The notes under the pieces were generated by a model. It was not told where the DNA came from, searched no databases, and saw nothing but the letters and a program-made list of their open reading frames with translations. A program made the position numbers and the translations under genes. Below, piece by piece: positions 29,122 to 39,010 of a stretch of 64,000 nucleotides of DNA; the first letter of the stretch is position 1, and every line of letters starts with the position of its first letter. The DNA comes from Chloroflexota bacterium (lineage in GTDB: Bacteria; Chloroflexota; UBA11872; VXOZ01): the NCBI GenBank assembly GCA_963663275.1, contig OY760183.1, positions 2,368,001-2,432,000 of the forward strand, given 5' to 3'.

Positions 29122-31687
29122 TGCGGATGGCCTCCGCCGGCACCAAGCGCGCGACCCGCCACGCCGGGTAGACCCCGGCCGCCAATGCCGCCACCAGCGC
29201 GATCACGACCGCTTGCACCAAAGAGCCTGCCGACACTATGTAGGCGAAGGTCCAGCCGAACGCGCGCACGTTGATAACGTCGATGAGCAGCCTGGCCAGG
29301 AGCAGGCCGATGGGCAGCGCGAAGAGACCGGCGGCCAGCCCCATCAAGCCGGTGATCAGGAACGTAAGCCGCCACAACTGCCCCGCGGTCAGGCCGAGGG
29401 CGCGCATGGTTCCCAGCGTGCGCTTCTGATCCAGTTGCAGCGCCATCAGCGCGCTGAGGATGCCGATGAAAGCCACAATCGCCACCAGACTGCGCAGGGC
29501 GGCCGTGATGGCGAAGGCGCGATCGAAGATGGCGAATACCTGGTTGCGCAAGGCCCGCGTGCCTTGCACGACCAACCCCTGGTCGGCCACCAGGCGGCGG
29601 ACGTTCTCGATGGCCGATTCACTGTTCGTCCCCGGCGCCAGGAAGAGCACGAAGGAGGAAACCCACGGATCGGCGTAGAGTTCACGATAGACGGCGTCCG
29701 CCATGAGCACGATTCCCTGGTCGGTGCCGTAGTGGTAGAAGACGCCGACGATGGGGAAGTCGCGCGGGCCCCGGTCCGTGAGCAGCGTAAGGGTGTTCGC
29801 CTCCTCGGTAATCCGGCGGCGATAGGCGAACGACTCGCTAACGATGATGGCGCCGTCCTGCATGGCGTTCCACAGTTCGTCTTGATTCACCGTGAGCCAG
29901 ATGAAGCGTCGCGCGGGCGTCACCTGCTGTGGATTCGTGCTGATTGCCACCAGGTTGACCGGCGGCAAATCGGGGTAGTCCGGCGCGAGGACCGGCACGT
30001 CGCGGCCGGTGGCAACGTGCGTCACCCCCGGCGCCGCTTGCAACAGCGCCGTGAGGCTTGGATCGATGTTGGTGGTCTCGAGCAGGCCGCTCGACGGGGC
30101 GGAAATGTACACGTCGGCGGCGAGCGCGCCCTCGAGCCAAGCCGTGACCGTCCCTCGAAAACTCCCGATCATCACGCTCACCCCCACGATCACGCTGACG
30201 GCCAACGCCAGCGCCGCTACCGCCACGCCCGTGCGGCTGAGCGAGCGGACGACGGCGCGCGGCGCAATTCGCCCAAGCGTGCCAAAGAGGAGCCCGCTCA
30301 CCGGCTGCAGGACGCGCATCAGTAGCAAGAGCGCGGCCGGTGTAAAGAGTATGCTGCCCATGAGGATGAGGAAGAGCGCGCCCAGCCCAATGAACAGGCT
30401 GCGGGGTTGCAGTTGGGTGACGACGATGCCGGCGGCCAGCGCCGCAACGCCTGCCGCTACTGCCACGTCCACGCGAGACCGCGTCGCTTGCTCGGCGTCC
30501 GCGCTGCGCAGGGCGCTGGCGGCGGTGACGCGGGTGGCGCCAAACGCGGGAATCAAGGCCGCCCCCACACTGGCGATTAGCCCCGTTGCCACCCCTTTGG
30601 CAATGGTGAAAGACGAAAGCGCAAGCACCTGCACTTCCACCCGATAGTAGAGGTCGGTGATGGTTCTGGTTACCGCACCCACCAGGAAACCGCCGAGGAA
30701 GTAGCCCGCCGCCACGCCCAGCAACGTGCCCGCTACGCCAAAGACGAGCGCCTCGAGCAGGATCGACCCGAAGATCTGGCGGCGGGTTGCGCCAATCGCC
30801 CGCAACATGCCAATCTGCACCCGTCGCTGCACGACGCTGAACGACATGATGTTGTAGACGAGAAACATGCCCACCACCAAGGCGAGCAAACTCAGGGCTT
30901 GCAGATTGAGCGTAAAGCTGTCGCTGAGTTGCTGGAGGGTCTGCCGGTTGCTCTCCGCCGGCCGCATGATCACGCCGGGCGGCAGTTTCTCCTGGATTTG
31001 CGTCAGCGTCTGGGTGTCGTTTAGGATCAGGTCGATGCGCGTCAACACGCCGGGAGCGCCGAGAAACTCCTGGGCGGTGGCTATGTCGGCAATCACCAGC
31101 GATGACAAGGCCTGCCGGCTCAGGTCGTTCCAGGGACGAATTGTGCCGGCGAGGGTGACCGTTCGGCGGTTCTGTGTAGTAGAGAGTTCGAAGGTGTCGC
31201 CGGGCGCAAAGCCGAGACGCGCGGCGACGGATTCCGAAACCAGCACGGCATTCGGCTCGGTGAGGAGTCTGAGCAACGCCTGACCCGCCGCGCCGGTAGC
31301 GTCGGCAACGGCGGCTTCCGCCAGGTACTGGCGCATCTGGGATTCGGCGAAGGGGTCTATGCCCATGAGCGTAAGCGCGAGGCCGCTCCCGTCCGCGCGC
31401 ACCGTGCTCTGGACCACCGGCGCGGCGGTGCGAATGCCAAGCTCTACGCGCAGCGTGCGGTAGAGCGCAGTGGGTACGCCGCTGGGGCCGCCGACAATCT
31501 CGTGCGTGGCATTGCCCTGGAGGCTTGCGGTACTGAGGGCAAACGCGCGGCGGGCCGACTCCGCGGCCACGTCTACGCCCACCACCAGCGCAACCCCCGC
31601 CACGATGCTCAAGACGAAGAGCCCGCTTTGGAATGCGCGGCGTTGCAGCGCGCGGTAGGCGAGACGGCTGAGAACCGTGACGGACAT
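29114..31687 (-). CDS. FtsX/MacB-like ABC permease (AttF/G-type, duplicated)
   Basis: Two MacB-type halves with RRVQIGMLRAIGA and TLGTMRALG. Confidence 0.9.
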   Translation of the reverse strand: MSVTVLSRLAYRALQRRAFQSGLFVLSIVAGVALVVGVDVAAESARRAFALSTASLQGNATHEIVGGPSGVPTALYRTLRVELGIRTAAPVVQSTVRADGSGLALTLMGIDPFAESQMRQYLAEAAVADATGAAGQALLRLLTEPNAVLVSESVAARLGFAPGDTFELSTTQNRRTVTLAGTIRPWNDLSRQALSSLVIADIATAQEFLGAPGVLTRIDLILNDTQTLTQIQEKLPPGVIMRPAESNRQTLQQLSDSFTLNLQALSLLALVVGMFLVYNIMSFSVVQRRVQIGMLRAIGATRRQIFGSILLEALVFGVAGTLLGVAAGYFLGGFLVGAVTRTITDLYYRVEVQVLALSSFTIAKGVATGLIASVGAALIPAFGATRVTAASALRSADAEQATRSRVDVAVAAGVAALAAGIVVTQLQPRSLFIGLGALFLILMGSILFTPAALLLLMRVLQPVSGLLFGTLGRIAPRAVVRSLSRTGVAVAALALAVSVIVGVSVMIGSFRGTVTAWLEGALAADVYISAPSSGLLETTNIDPSLTALLQAAPGVTHVATGRDVPVLAPDYPDLPPVNLVAISTNPQQVTPARRFIWLTVNQDELWNAMQDGAIIVSESFAYRRRITEEANTLTLLTDRGPRDFPIVGVFYHYGTDQGIVLMADAVYRELYADPWVSSFVLFLAPGTNSESAIENVRRLVADQGLVVQGTRALRNQVFAIFDRAFAITAALRSLVAIVAFIGILSALMALQLDQKRTLGTMRALGLTAGQLWRLTFLITGLMGLAAGLFALPIGLLLARLLIDVINVRAFGWTFAYIVSAGSLVQAVVIALVAALAAGVYPAWRVARLVPAEAIRNE

Positions 31688-31691
31688 CGGG

Positions 31692-32438
31692 TCAGGGCGC
31701 CGAAACGACGGCGGAATGGCTCGACTGCGAGGCGGCCTGCGTCTGCGACGCCGTGACCGTAAGGGTACCGCCGCTAATGCGGCAAATGCGAGAAGCCTGC
31801 CGGGCGATCTCGTGGTCGTGCGTCGCCATCAGCAGCGTGCGTCCGGCCTCGCGCGTCAGTTCGAGCAGGAGCGCGAGCACACGCCCGCTGTTCTCCGCGT
31901 CCAGATTGCCGGTCGGTTCGTCGGCAAGCACCACGAGCGGCTCATGGGCCAGGGCGCGCACGATAGCCACCCGCTGCTGCTCGCCGCCGCTGAGCCTATC
32001 GGGAAACGCACTCGTGCGGTCGTCCAGCCCCACGCGCTTGAGGAGCGACGCCGCGTGGTCTCTGCGTTTCGAGTCCACAGTTCCCTCTAGCTCCGCCGGC
32101 AAGAGCACGTTTTCCCAAACGGTGAGCGTAGGAATGAGGTTGAACAACTGAAACACCATGCCGACGCGGCGGCGGCGAAAGCGGGTGCGGGCGGAATCGT
32201 TGAGCGCGGTCACCTCATTGCCGTCGATGGCAATCGCGCCGCCGTCGGGCGTGTCGATGCCGCCAATCAGGTTGAGGAGGGTCGTCTTGCCGCTGCCGCT
32301 GCTGCCCAGGATGGCGACGAATTCGCCGCGTTCGACCTCCAGGCTGATGTTGTCCAGTACAACGCGCCGCTGGCCTTGGTCGAAATAGGACTTGCTGACT
32401 GCGCGGAGCGCGACGAAAGAGGGATGCTTGTTGCTCAT
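31692..32438 (-). CDS. ABC transporter ATP-binding protein (LolD/AttE-like)
   Basis: Motifs GSSGSGKTT, LSGGEQQRVA, ADEPTGNLD and ATHD. Confidence 0.93.
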   Translation of the reverse strand: MSNKHPSFVALRAVSKSYFDQGQRRVVLDNISLEVERGEFVAILGSSGSGKTTLLNLIGGIDTPDGGAIAIDGNEVTALNDSARTRFRRRRVGMVFQLFNLIPTLTVWENVLLPAELEGTVDSKRRDHAASLLKRVGLDDRTSAFPDRLSGGEQQRVAIVRALAHEPLVVLADEPTGNLDAENSGRVLALLLELTREAGRTLLMATHDHEIARQASRICRISGGTLTVTASQTQAASQSSHSAVVSAP

Positions 32439-32541
32439 TGCGCGCGACCAAGCGCTCCCTGCACGAGGGGAAAGATACACCCCCAACGGCGGCATTGGGC
32501 GGTACCGATTACCCTCAGGCCGCGCCGGTTCTTGTCCTGGC

Positions 32542-33153
32542 TTACACATGCATCTTCGCGAGTTGCTTGCATGCCGTGGCTTCCGGGCCTTCTTCAAGGC
32601 GCTGCCGAATGGTGTCAGCGCACTCCTGTGGACTCAATTGCGCGGTATCGACCTCAAGGTCATAGATGCCGGGGATATGGACTTCACGCTGCCAACGACG
32701 GATGTGTTCGTCCAATCCACGCCTGGGGTTCCACGAATCTTGCCGCCGCTCGACAATAACGTCTACCCGACAGCGTACTCCCACAAAGAGCACGGGCAAG
32801 CCAGTCAAGCGCCGCGCGCTATCGTAGAGGATGCCGCGCGGCGTTGAATACCCGTCGTGATGGCCGACGTCCACGACGACGTTCACGCCCAAGCGACTGT
32901 GAGCCGCAATCGACTCGTACATGGCCGCATACAGCAGGGGAACGACCGGTTCGACGGTATCGGGCAGTTCTCCGCCCGGACGCAGACCGATCCCCGGACT
33001 GTAACGCTCCGACGTCATTCCCTTGAAACCGTCAACGCCAAGATTGATCCACACGCCTGGGAATGTGTCCAGGATTGCCTTGGCAATGCTCGACTTACCT
33101 GCTCGCGGCGCGCCGTTCAGAATGACAATCTGTCCCGGCGCGGCAGCCTTCAC
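32542..33153 (-). CDS. Chloramphenicol phosphotransferase-like P-loop kinase
   Basis: Motifs ILNGAPRAGKSS, VLFVGVRC and YDLEVDT; GGAGG precedes GTG 33153. Confidence 0.85.
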   Translation of the reverse strand: MKAAAPGQIVILNGAPRAGKSSIAKAILDTFPGVWINLGVDGFKGMTSERYSPGIGLRPGGELPDTVEPVVPLLYAAMYESIAAHSRLGVNVVVDVGHHDGYSTPRGILYDSARRLTGLPVLFVGVRCRVDVIVERRQDSWNPRRGLDEHIRRWQREVHIPGIYDLEVDTAQLSPQECADTIRQRLEEGPEATACKQLAKMHV

Positions 33154-33267
33154 ACCGACCTCCGCTGTTACGAGAGACGAAAGCGCCTTGCCTCCCCATT
33201 GGAGAGCGGTCTGTCTGGCGGGTGAAGCTGCCGACAATCTGCTTCCAAGACGGTAGTCAGTAGCGTT

Positions 33268-33342
33268 TGGTACCCCCAGGGCGACTCGAACGCCCGCACC
33301 TGGCTCCGGAGGCCAGTGCTCTATCCACTGAGCTATGGGGGC
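33268..33342 (-). tRNA. tRNA-Arg(CCG)
   Basis: Reverse complement reads GCCCCCATAGCTCAGTGGATAGAGCACTGGCCTCCGGAGCCAGGTGCGGGCGTTCGAGTCGCCCTGGGGGTACCA: cloverleaf, CCG anticodon and encoded CCA. Confidence 0.96.
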
Positions 33343-33431
33343 TTGTCATCTTCTATGATACCAGACCGGCGCGCGGACACCATGCGGGAAAATACTTCGA
33401 CACTCACTCGAAGAGGATTGGGGCGAACGGT

Positions 33432-34907
33432 CTACGGCGAGAATGCCAGCTTGCCGGCTTCTTCGAGGGCGGTTTGCGCCCACTCCACGGCGCCGGCGGG
33501 ATAGATGCCGAGCACGAGCGTGCCAATAGCGCCAATCGCGATTACGACGCCGACGGCGGTGGAGGCGGGAACGGCCAGCAAGCGCGGTTGGCCCTCGACC
33601 ATGTACATGTTCACCACCACGCGCAGGTAGTAGTAGGCCGAGACCGTGCTGGTGAGCACCAGCACCACCGCCACCCAGGTCAAGCCGCCGTTCACGGCCA
33701 CTTGCAGAAGATACAGTTTGCCAAAGAACCCGGCCGCGGGCGGGATGCCGGTGAGCGAAATCATGAAGACGACCATGGCGACGGCCAGGAAAGGCGAGGT
33801 GCGGCCCAGGTTCTGGAAGTTCTCCATCTCCGTGCCGCCGGTGCGCCGTTCAACCGCGAAAGTCACGGCGAACGCGCCGAGCGTCATCAGGGCGTACACC
33901 ACGGCGTAGAACATCACCGCGGCCACGGCGTCCCGCATGAGGCTTCCCGCCTCCGATTGCGCGTGCACCACCGCGACGCCGACCAGCATGTAGCCGGTGT
34001 GGGCGATGGAGGAGTAGGCCAGCAGGCGCTTCACGTCCCGCTGCCAGATGGCGACGAAGTTGCCCACGATCATACTGGCGACGGCGATGGCCACTACCAC
34101 CGGAACGACCATGTCCTGCCAGGGTTCGAGCCCGTGCACGACTACGCGCAGAAGTCCCGCCATCGCGCCCATCTTGGCCCCGGCCGCCAGGAAGGCCGTG
34201 GAGGGCGTGGGCGCGCCCTGGTAGGCGTCCGGCGTCCACATGTGGAACGGCACCGCCGCCACCTTGAACGCCAGGCCGACCAGCAGCAGGCCGAGACCCA
34301 GCAGGAACCACGGATCGGTAGCGCCTTGAGTCTGCACGTACAACGCCATGTTGGCAAGGTTCGTGGTGCCGGTGAGGCCGAAGAGCCAGGCAATGCCGTA
34401 GAGCAGGACGCCGGAGGCGAACGCGCCCAAGAGGAAGTACTTCAGCGCGCCTTCCGTGGCGCGGAACCGGTCGCGCTTGATGGCAACGAGCACGTAGACG
34501 GGGATGGACGTGAGTTCAACGCCGAGGTAGAGCGTAATCAGGTCGCCGGTCGCGCCGAGCAGGAGCATGCCGACCGTGGCGAACAGGATGAGCGCCGCCA
34601 GTTCGGCAAAGGGAATCTCCCGCGCCTGGGCGTAGGCGAGCACAATGCTCAATGCGGCAATGGCGATGAAGAGCGCCTTGAAGAACACCGCGTAGCCGTC
34701 CGTCAGCACCAACCCGCCAAAGGCCGTCCCGCCATCGGCGCGGACGACGACACTGACGGCAATGGCGGCAATGCTGCCAACCACGACCAGAGCCAGCAGG
34801 CCGCGATGCGTGCGCCGGCCGCCAAAGGCGTCTACCATGAGCACGCAGGCGGCGACCAGCGTGATTATGATCTCCGGCAGTATGCTGATAAGGTCTTCGG
34901 TTTGCAC
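33432..34907 (-). CDS. nuoN: NADH-quinone oxidoreductase subunit N
   Basis: Motifs EGALKYF, FKVAAVPFHMWTPDAYQGAP and KRLLAYSSIAH. Confidence 0.95.
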   Translation of the reverse strand: MQTEDLISILPEIIITLVAACVLMVDAFGGRRTHRGLLALVVVGSIAAIAVSVVVRADGGTAFGGLVLTDGYAVFFKALFIAIAALSIVLAYAQAREIPFAELAALILFATVGMLLLGATGDLITLYLGVELTSIPVYVLVAIKRDRFRATEGALKYFLLGAFASGVLLYGIAWLFGLTGTTNLANMALYVQTQGATDPWFLLGLGLLLVGLAFKVAAVPFHMWTPDAYQGAPTPSTAFLAAGAKMGAMAGLLRVVVHGLEPWQDMVVPVVVAIAVASMIVGNFVAIWQRDVKRLLAYSSIAHTGYMLVGVAVVHAQSEAGSLMRDAVAAVMFYAVVYALMTLGAFAVTFAVERRTGGTEMENFQNLGRTSPFLAVAMVVFMISLTGIPPAAGFFGKLYLLQVAVNGGLTWVAVVLVLTSTVSAYYYLRVVVNMYMVEGQPRLLAVPASTAVGVVIAIGAIGTLVLGIYPAGAVEWAQTALEEAGKLAFSP

Positions 34908-34977
34908 TCGCTATGTCCTCACTCTTGCCGCAAATACGTTCCACCGACCACGAACAACCGTCGCCATTCGCCAACAC

Positions 34978-35239
34978 CGTAGCGCAGGGGCTTGTCCCCC
35001 GCATTTTCCACCCCGGCGGGGCACAAGGCCCCGCGCTACGCCGAGGCGGGGCGCATGGCCCCTCGCTACGTCTGGGCGGGGCACTAACTGCCGCGCACTC
35101 GTATCACCGTACACGAACACCCGTAGCGCGGGGGCTTGTCCCCCGCATCTTCCACCCCCGGCGGGGCACAAGGCCCCGCGCTACGCCTCGACGGGACACA
35201 GGCCCCGCGTCTGGACAGGACACAAGGCCCCGCGTTACG
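34978..35239. repeat. BIME-like cluster of REP family B between nuoM and nuoN
   Basis: Two near-identical ~63-bp inverted doublets (34978-35040, 35122-35185) plus three partial units. Confidence 0.85.
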
Positions 35240-35257
35240 TTGGACCGGCGCGGGCGG

Positions 35258-36760
35258 CTATTCCGCCGGCGCGCCCGCCACTTCGGCTTCCACTATTGCT
35301 TGCACGATGCCGCTGGTGTCGGCGCTGAAGAGTTCGATGAAGGTCTGCGGTTCCACGCCCGCCCAGACCACCACGGCGGCCAGCGCCACCAGCACCGCCG
35401 TTTCCAGTCTTGTGAGATCCCCCAGCCGGCGATGGGCCTCTTTCAATGACCCAAGCATAACCCGCCAGTACATCCAAAGCATATACGCCGCCGAAAGGAT
35501 GATGCCAAAGACCGCCAGCACGCCAAAGATGCGCGTTCCCGCCATGAACGCCCCGAGCAGCACCATGAACTCGCCGACGAAACCCGACAGGCCCGGCAAG
35601 CCAATCGAGGCCAGCGAGAAGAAGAGGAACAGCGCGGCAAAGACCGGCCAGCGATGCGCCAGCCCGCCCAGATTGGCAATCAGCCGGTCGTGGGTGCGCT
35701 CGTAGAGTTGGCCGACGCAGAGGAAGAGCGCGCCGGTCACCAGGCCGTGGCTGAACATCTGCATGATGGCGCCGTCGAGTCCCTGCTGGGTAAAGGAGAA
35801 GATTCCCAACGTCACGAACCCCATGTGGCTGACGGAGGAATAGGCGATGAGTTTCTTCAGGTCCGTCTGCATCAGGGCAACCAACGCGCCGTAGATGATT
35901 GCGACCACGGAGAGCACCAGGATGGCAGTCTGCGCCAACTGGCTGGCGTCGGGAAGAAGCGGCAGACTAAAGCGAATGAAGCCGTAACCGCCCATCTTCA
36001 GCAAGATGCCGGCCAGAATCACGCTGCCGGTAGTGGGGGCTTCCACGTGGGCGTCCGGCAGCCACGTGTGGAAGGGCACCATCGGCACCTTGATGGCAAA
36101 CGCCAGGAAGAAGGCGAGGAAGGCCCAGAGTTGGAAGCGCTCGCCATAGGTTCCCTGGGTCAATTCCAGAATGTCGAACGTGTAGACGCCCGTGGTATTG
36201 CCATGCACGAAATAGAGCGCCAGGATTGCCACCAGCATGAGCAGGCTGCCAAAGAGCGTATAGAGCACGAACTTGACCGTGGCGTACACCCGGCGCTCGC
36301 CGCCCCACACGCCAATCAGCACGTACATGGGAATGAGCATGATTTCCCAGAAGACGTAGAACAATACGAAATCCAGCGCCATGAAGACGCCCGTAATGCC
36401 CACTTCCAACAAGAGCATGGTGAAGAGGTACTCTTTCACGCGCTCGCGCACGGACGCCCAGGCATAGACGATGCACAGGAAGAAGAGAAACGTGTTGAGG
36501 AGCACCATCAGCAGGCTGATGCCGTCCAAGCCAAGTGCGTACTTGATACCCAGCGACGGCAACCAATCGAACGATTCCCGATACTGCATCCCCGCTCCGG
36601 GTTCGAATCCGGCCCACACCGCCACGCTCAGCACGAGCGACAGGAGCGTTCCCGCAACCGCCGCGGCGAACATGGCGCGGCGGTCGGAGAGAAACAGCAC
36701 GATTACGGCCGCGAGGAGCGGCAACCAGAGCACAAGGGAAAGAATGGGGAATGACTCCAC
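35258..36760 (-). CDS. nuoM: NADH-quinone oxidoreductase subunit M
   Basis: Motifs FWEIMLIP, IKVPMVPFHTWLPDAHVEAP and AYSSVSHMG. Confidence 0.95.
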   Translation of the reverse strand: MESFPILSLVLWLPLLAAVIVLFLSDRRAMFAAAVAGTLLSLVLSVAVWAGFEPGAGMQYRESFDWLPSLGIKYALGLDGISLLMVLLNTFLFFLCIVYAWASVRERVKEYLFTMLLLEVGITGVFMALDFVLFYVFWEIMLIPMYVLIGVWGGERRVYATVKFVLYTLFGSLLMLVAILALYFVHGNTTGVYTFDILELTQGTYGERFQLWAFLAFFLAFAIKVPMVPFHTWLPDAHVEAPTTGSVILAGILLKMGGYGFIRFSLPLLPDASQLAQTAILVLSVVAIIYGALVALMQTDLKKLIAYSSVSHMGFVTLGIFSFTQQGLDGAIMQMFSHGLVTGALFLCVGQLYERTHDRLIANLGGLAHRWPVFAALFLFFSLASIGLPGLSGFVGEFMVLLGAFMAGTRIFGVLAVFGIILSAAYMLWMYWRVMLGSLKEAHRRLGDLTRLETAVLVALAAVVVWAGVEPQTFIELFSADTSGIVQAIVEAEVAGAPAE

Positions 36761-36770
36761 TGGGTCTACC

Positions 36771-38678
36771 TCAACGCATCATGAAGATGTAGAAAGCCAG
36801 CACGAGGGCCGTGCCCAGCACGACGCTAAAGGCATAGTTCTCCAACCGTCCAGTCTGCATGCGGCGGAGACCGCCGCCAACGCCGTTGACAACCAATCCG
36901 ATGAGATTCACCACGCCGTCCACGACGTTCAGGTCGAACCAGGCAAAGAGCCAGCCCACGGCGCGCGTGCCTCCCGCCAGGACGGTGTCGTAGAAGTCGT
37001 CCAGGTAGTACTTGTGCACCAAGAGCGCGTGCAGGGGCCGCGCCCTGCCGGCAACCGCCGCGGGCGAGGGCGCACCACGCATGTACATATTGTAGGCGAT
37101 GAGAATGCCCAGAAGCGCAATCAGGGTGGACACAGCCATCAACGTGAGCACGAAGGCAGTGGACGGCTTGTGAATCAGACCGGCGTACTCCGCCGCCAGG
37201 AACGTATCGTGCAGGTAGTTGTGGATGAGGCCGTGCTCCGGCGGCACGCCGACGAAGCCCGCGAACAACGCGCCTACCGCCAGCACCATGAGGGGCACGG
37301 TCATCGTGCGCGGCGACTCGTGCACGTGCGCGAACCGCTCGGACTCCATGCGGGTCTTGCCAAAGAAGGTAAGGAAGATCATGCGGAAGGTGTAAACCGC
37401 GGTGAGCAGCGACGCCAGCGCGCCGAGGGCATAGAGCAGATAGCCGGCTCCGCCGGCGAGCAGCGCCGCCCCAAGCAACTCATCCTTGCTCCAGAAGCCC
37501 GCCAGCGGAATGATGCCGCTCAGCGCCAGGCCGCCGATGACGTACGTCGCGCCGGTGACGGGCATCTTGCCGAAGAGGCCGCCCATGCGCTGCATGTCCT
37601 GCTCCTCGTCCGTGCCGTGAATCACCGAGCCGGAGCCCAGAAAGAGGAGGCCTTTGAAGAAGGCGTGGGTGGCCAGGTGGAAGATAGCCGCCGCAAACGC
37701 CCCCACTCCCAATGCCATGAACATGAGCCCAAGCTGGCTCACGGTAGAGTAGGCGAGAACGCGTTTGATGTCGTTCTGCGCCAGCCCGATCGTAGCCGCA
37801 AACAGGGCGGTGAACGCGCCGACGATTGCCACCACCGTCATCGCGCTGGGCGTGAGCACGTAGAGCGGATTGAAGCGGGCCACCATGTAGACGCCCGCCG
37901 TCACCATCGTGGCCGCGTGGATCAGGGCGCTCACCGGCGTCGGGCCTTCCATGGCGTCGGGCAGCCAGACGTGCAGGGGAAACTGCGCCGACTTGCCCAT
38001 TGCGCCAACGAAGAGCATCAGACAAATGAGCGTGAGCATGCCCGGCTTCGTTGCCGCTACGGTCGGGGCCTGCGCGAAGATTTCATCGTAATTCAATGAG
38101 CCGAAGACGTACCACGCCAACAAGAGGCCGATCAAGAAACCGACGTCGCCGATGCGGTTCGTCAAGAAGGCTTTGATGGCGGCCGCGGACGCTGACTGCC
38201 GCTCGAACCAGAAGCCAATCAGCAGGTACGAACATAAGCCGACCGCTTCCCAGAAGACGAACAGCACCAGCAGGTTGTTCGCCATCACCAGCATGATCAT
38301 GGCAAAGACGAAGAGCGGCAGGTACGTGAAGAAGCGCCAGAAACCGGGGTCGCGGTCCATGTACCCGATTGAGTAGACGTGCACCATGAACGAGACGCTG
38401 GTGACCACCAGCAGCATGACCAGCGTCAGGGCGTCCACTCGCAGCGCCACGTCCAGCGCAAAGTCGCCGGATACGGCCCACGTCCAGAGGTAAACCGCCT
38501 CCGGCTCCGCGTGGCCTGACTGTGAGAAGAAGAGGGCCACGCTGACGACAAGCGCGCCCAGCACGCCGGCGTTCGCCACCAGGCCGGTGCGTTTCTTCAG
38601 ATAGGCGCGTCCAAAGAGGCCGTTGATCACGAAAGCGACGAACGGCAGCAGTGGAATCAGCCAGGCAACCTGGGCCAT
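36771..38678 (-). CDS. nuoL: NADH-quinone oxidoreductase subunit L
   Basis: Motifs GKSAQFPLHVWLPDAMEGPTPVSALIHAATMV and HAFFK. Confidence 0.95.
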   Translation of the reverse strand: MAQVAWLIPLLPFVAFVINGLFGRAYLKKRTGLVANAGVLGALVVSVALFFSQSGHAEPEAVYLWTWAVSGDFALDVALRVDALTLVMLLVVTSVSFMVHVYSIGYMDRDPGFWRFFTYLPLFVFAMIMLVMANNLLVLFVFWEAVGLCSYLLIGFWFERQSASAAAIKAFLTNRIGDVGFLIGLLLAWYVFGSLNYDEIFAQAPTVAATKPGMLTLICLMLFVGAMGKSAQFPLHVWLPDAMEGPTPVSALIHAATMVTAGVYMVARFNPLYVLTPSAMTVVAIVGAFTALFAATIGLAQNDIKRVLAYSTVSQLGLMFMALGVGAFAAAIFHLATHAFFKGLLFLGSGSVIHGTDEEQDMQRMGGLFGKMPVTGATYVIGGLALSGIIPLAGFWSKDELLGAALLAGGAGYLLYALGALASLLTAVYTFRMIFLTFFGKTRMESERFAHVHESPRTMTVPLMVLAVGALFAGFVGVPPEHGLIHNYLHDTFLAAEYAGLIHKPSTAFVLTLMAVSTLIALLGILIAYNMYMRGAPSPAAVAGRARPLHALLVHKYYLDDFYDTVLAGGTRAVGWLFAWFDLNVVDGVVNLIGLVVNGVGGGLRRMQTGRLENYAFSVVLGTALVLAFYIFMMR

Positions 38679-38693
38679 GAGCGCGGTTCTTCC

Positions 38694-39002
38694 TTAACCC
38701 TTGAGTGTGTCGATTTCATCGACGTTGAGCGTATCCCGGTGGCGCGCAAGCGCCACGATGATGGCAAGCCCGACCGCGGCCTCCGCCGCCGCCACCGTCA
38801 ACGAGAATATGACGAAGGCTTGCCCCAACATATTGTTCAAGGCCACGGCGAAACCCACGAAAGTGACGTTCGCGCCGAGCAAGATCAGTTCAATTGACAT
38901 AAACACAACAAGCAAGTTGCGCCGCACCAGCACACCGAGCAGCCCGATGATGAAGAGCGCCGCGCCCAGCACCAAGTAGTATTCCAAGGCCGGGATGATC
39001 AT
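38694..39002 (-). CDS. nuoK: NADH-quinone oxidoreductase subunit K
   Basis: Motifs RRNLLVVFMSIELIL and VAAAEAAVGLA; the real start is ATG 39002 within the longer track ORF. Confidence 0.93.
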   Translation of the reverse strand: MIIPALEYYLVLGAALFIIGLLGVLVRRNLLVVFMSIELILLGANVTFVGFAVALNNMLGQAFVIFSLTVAAAEAAVGLAIIVALARHRDTLNVDEIDTLKG

Positions 39003-39010
39003 CGTTCCGG

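Noticed and set aside
33268-33342. Intact integrative element at tRNA-Arg
   Set aside because: No integrase and no duplicated tRNA 3' end were seen in the window.
34978-35239. Repeat cluster as a CRISPR array (also 50359-50722 and 61928-62029)
   Set aside because: The units are inverted doublets with irregular spacing, copies are dispersed across the window, and no cas genes are present.
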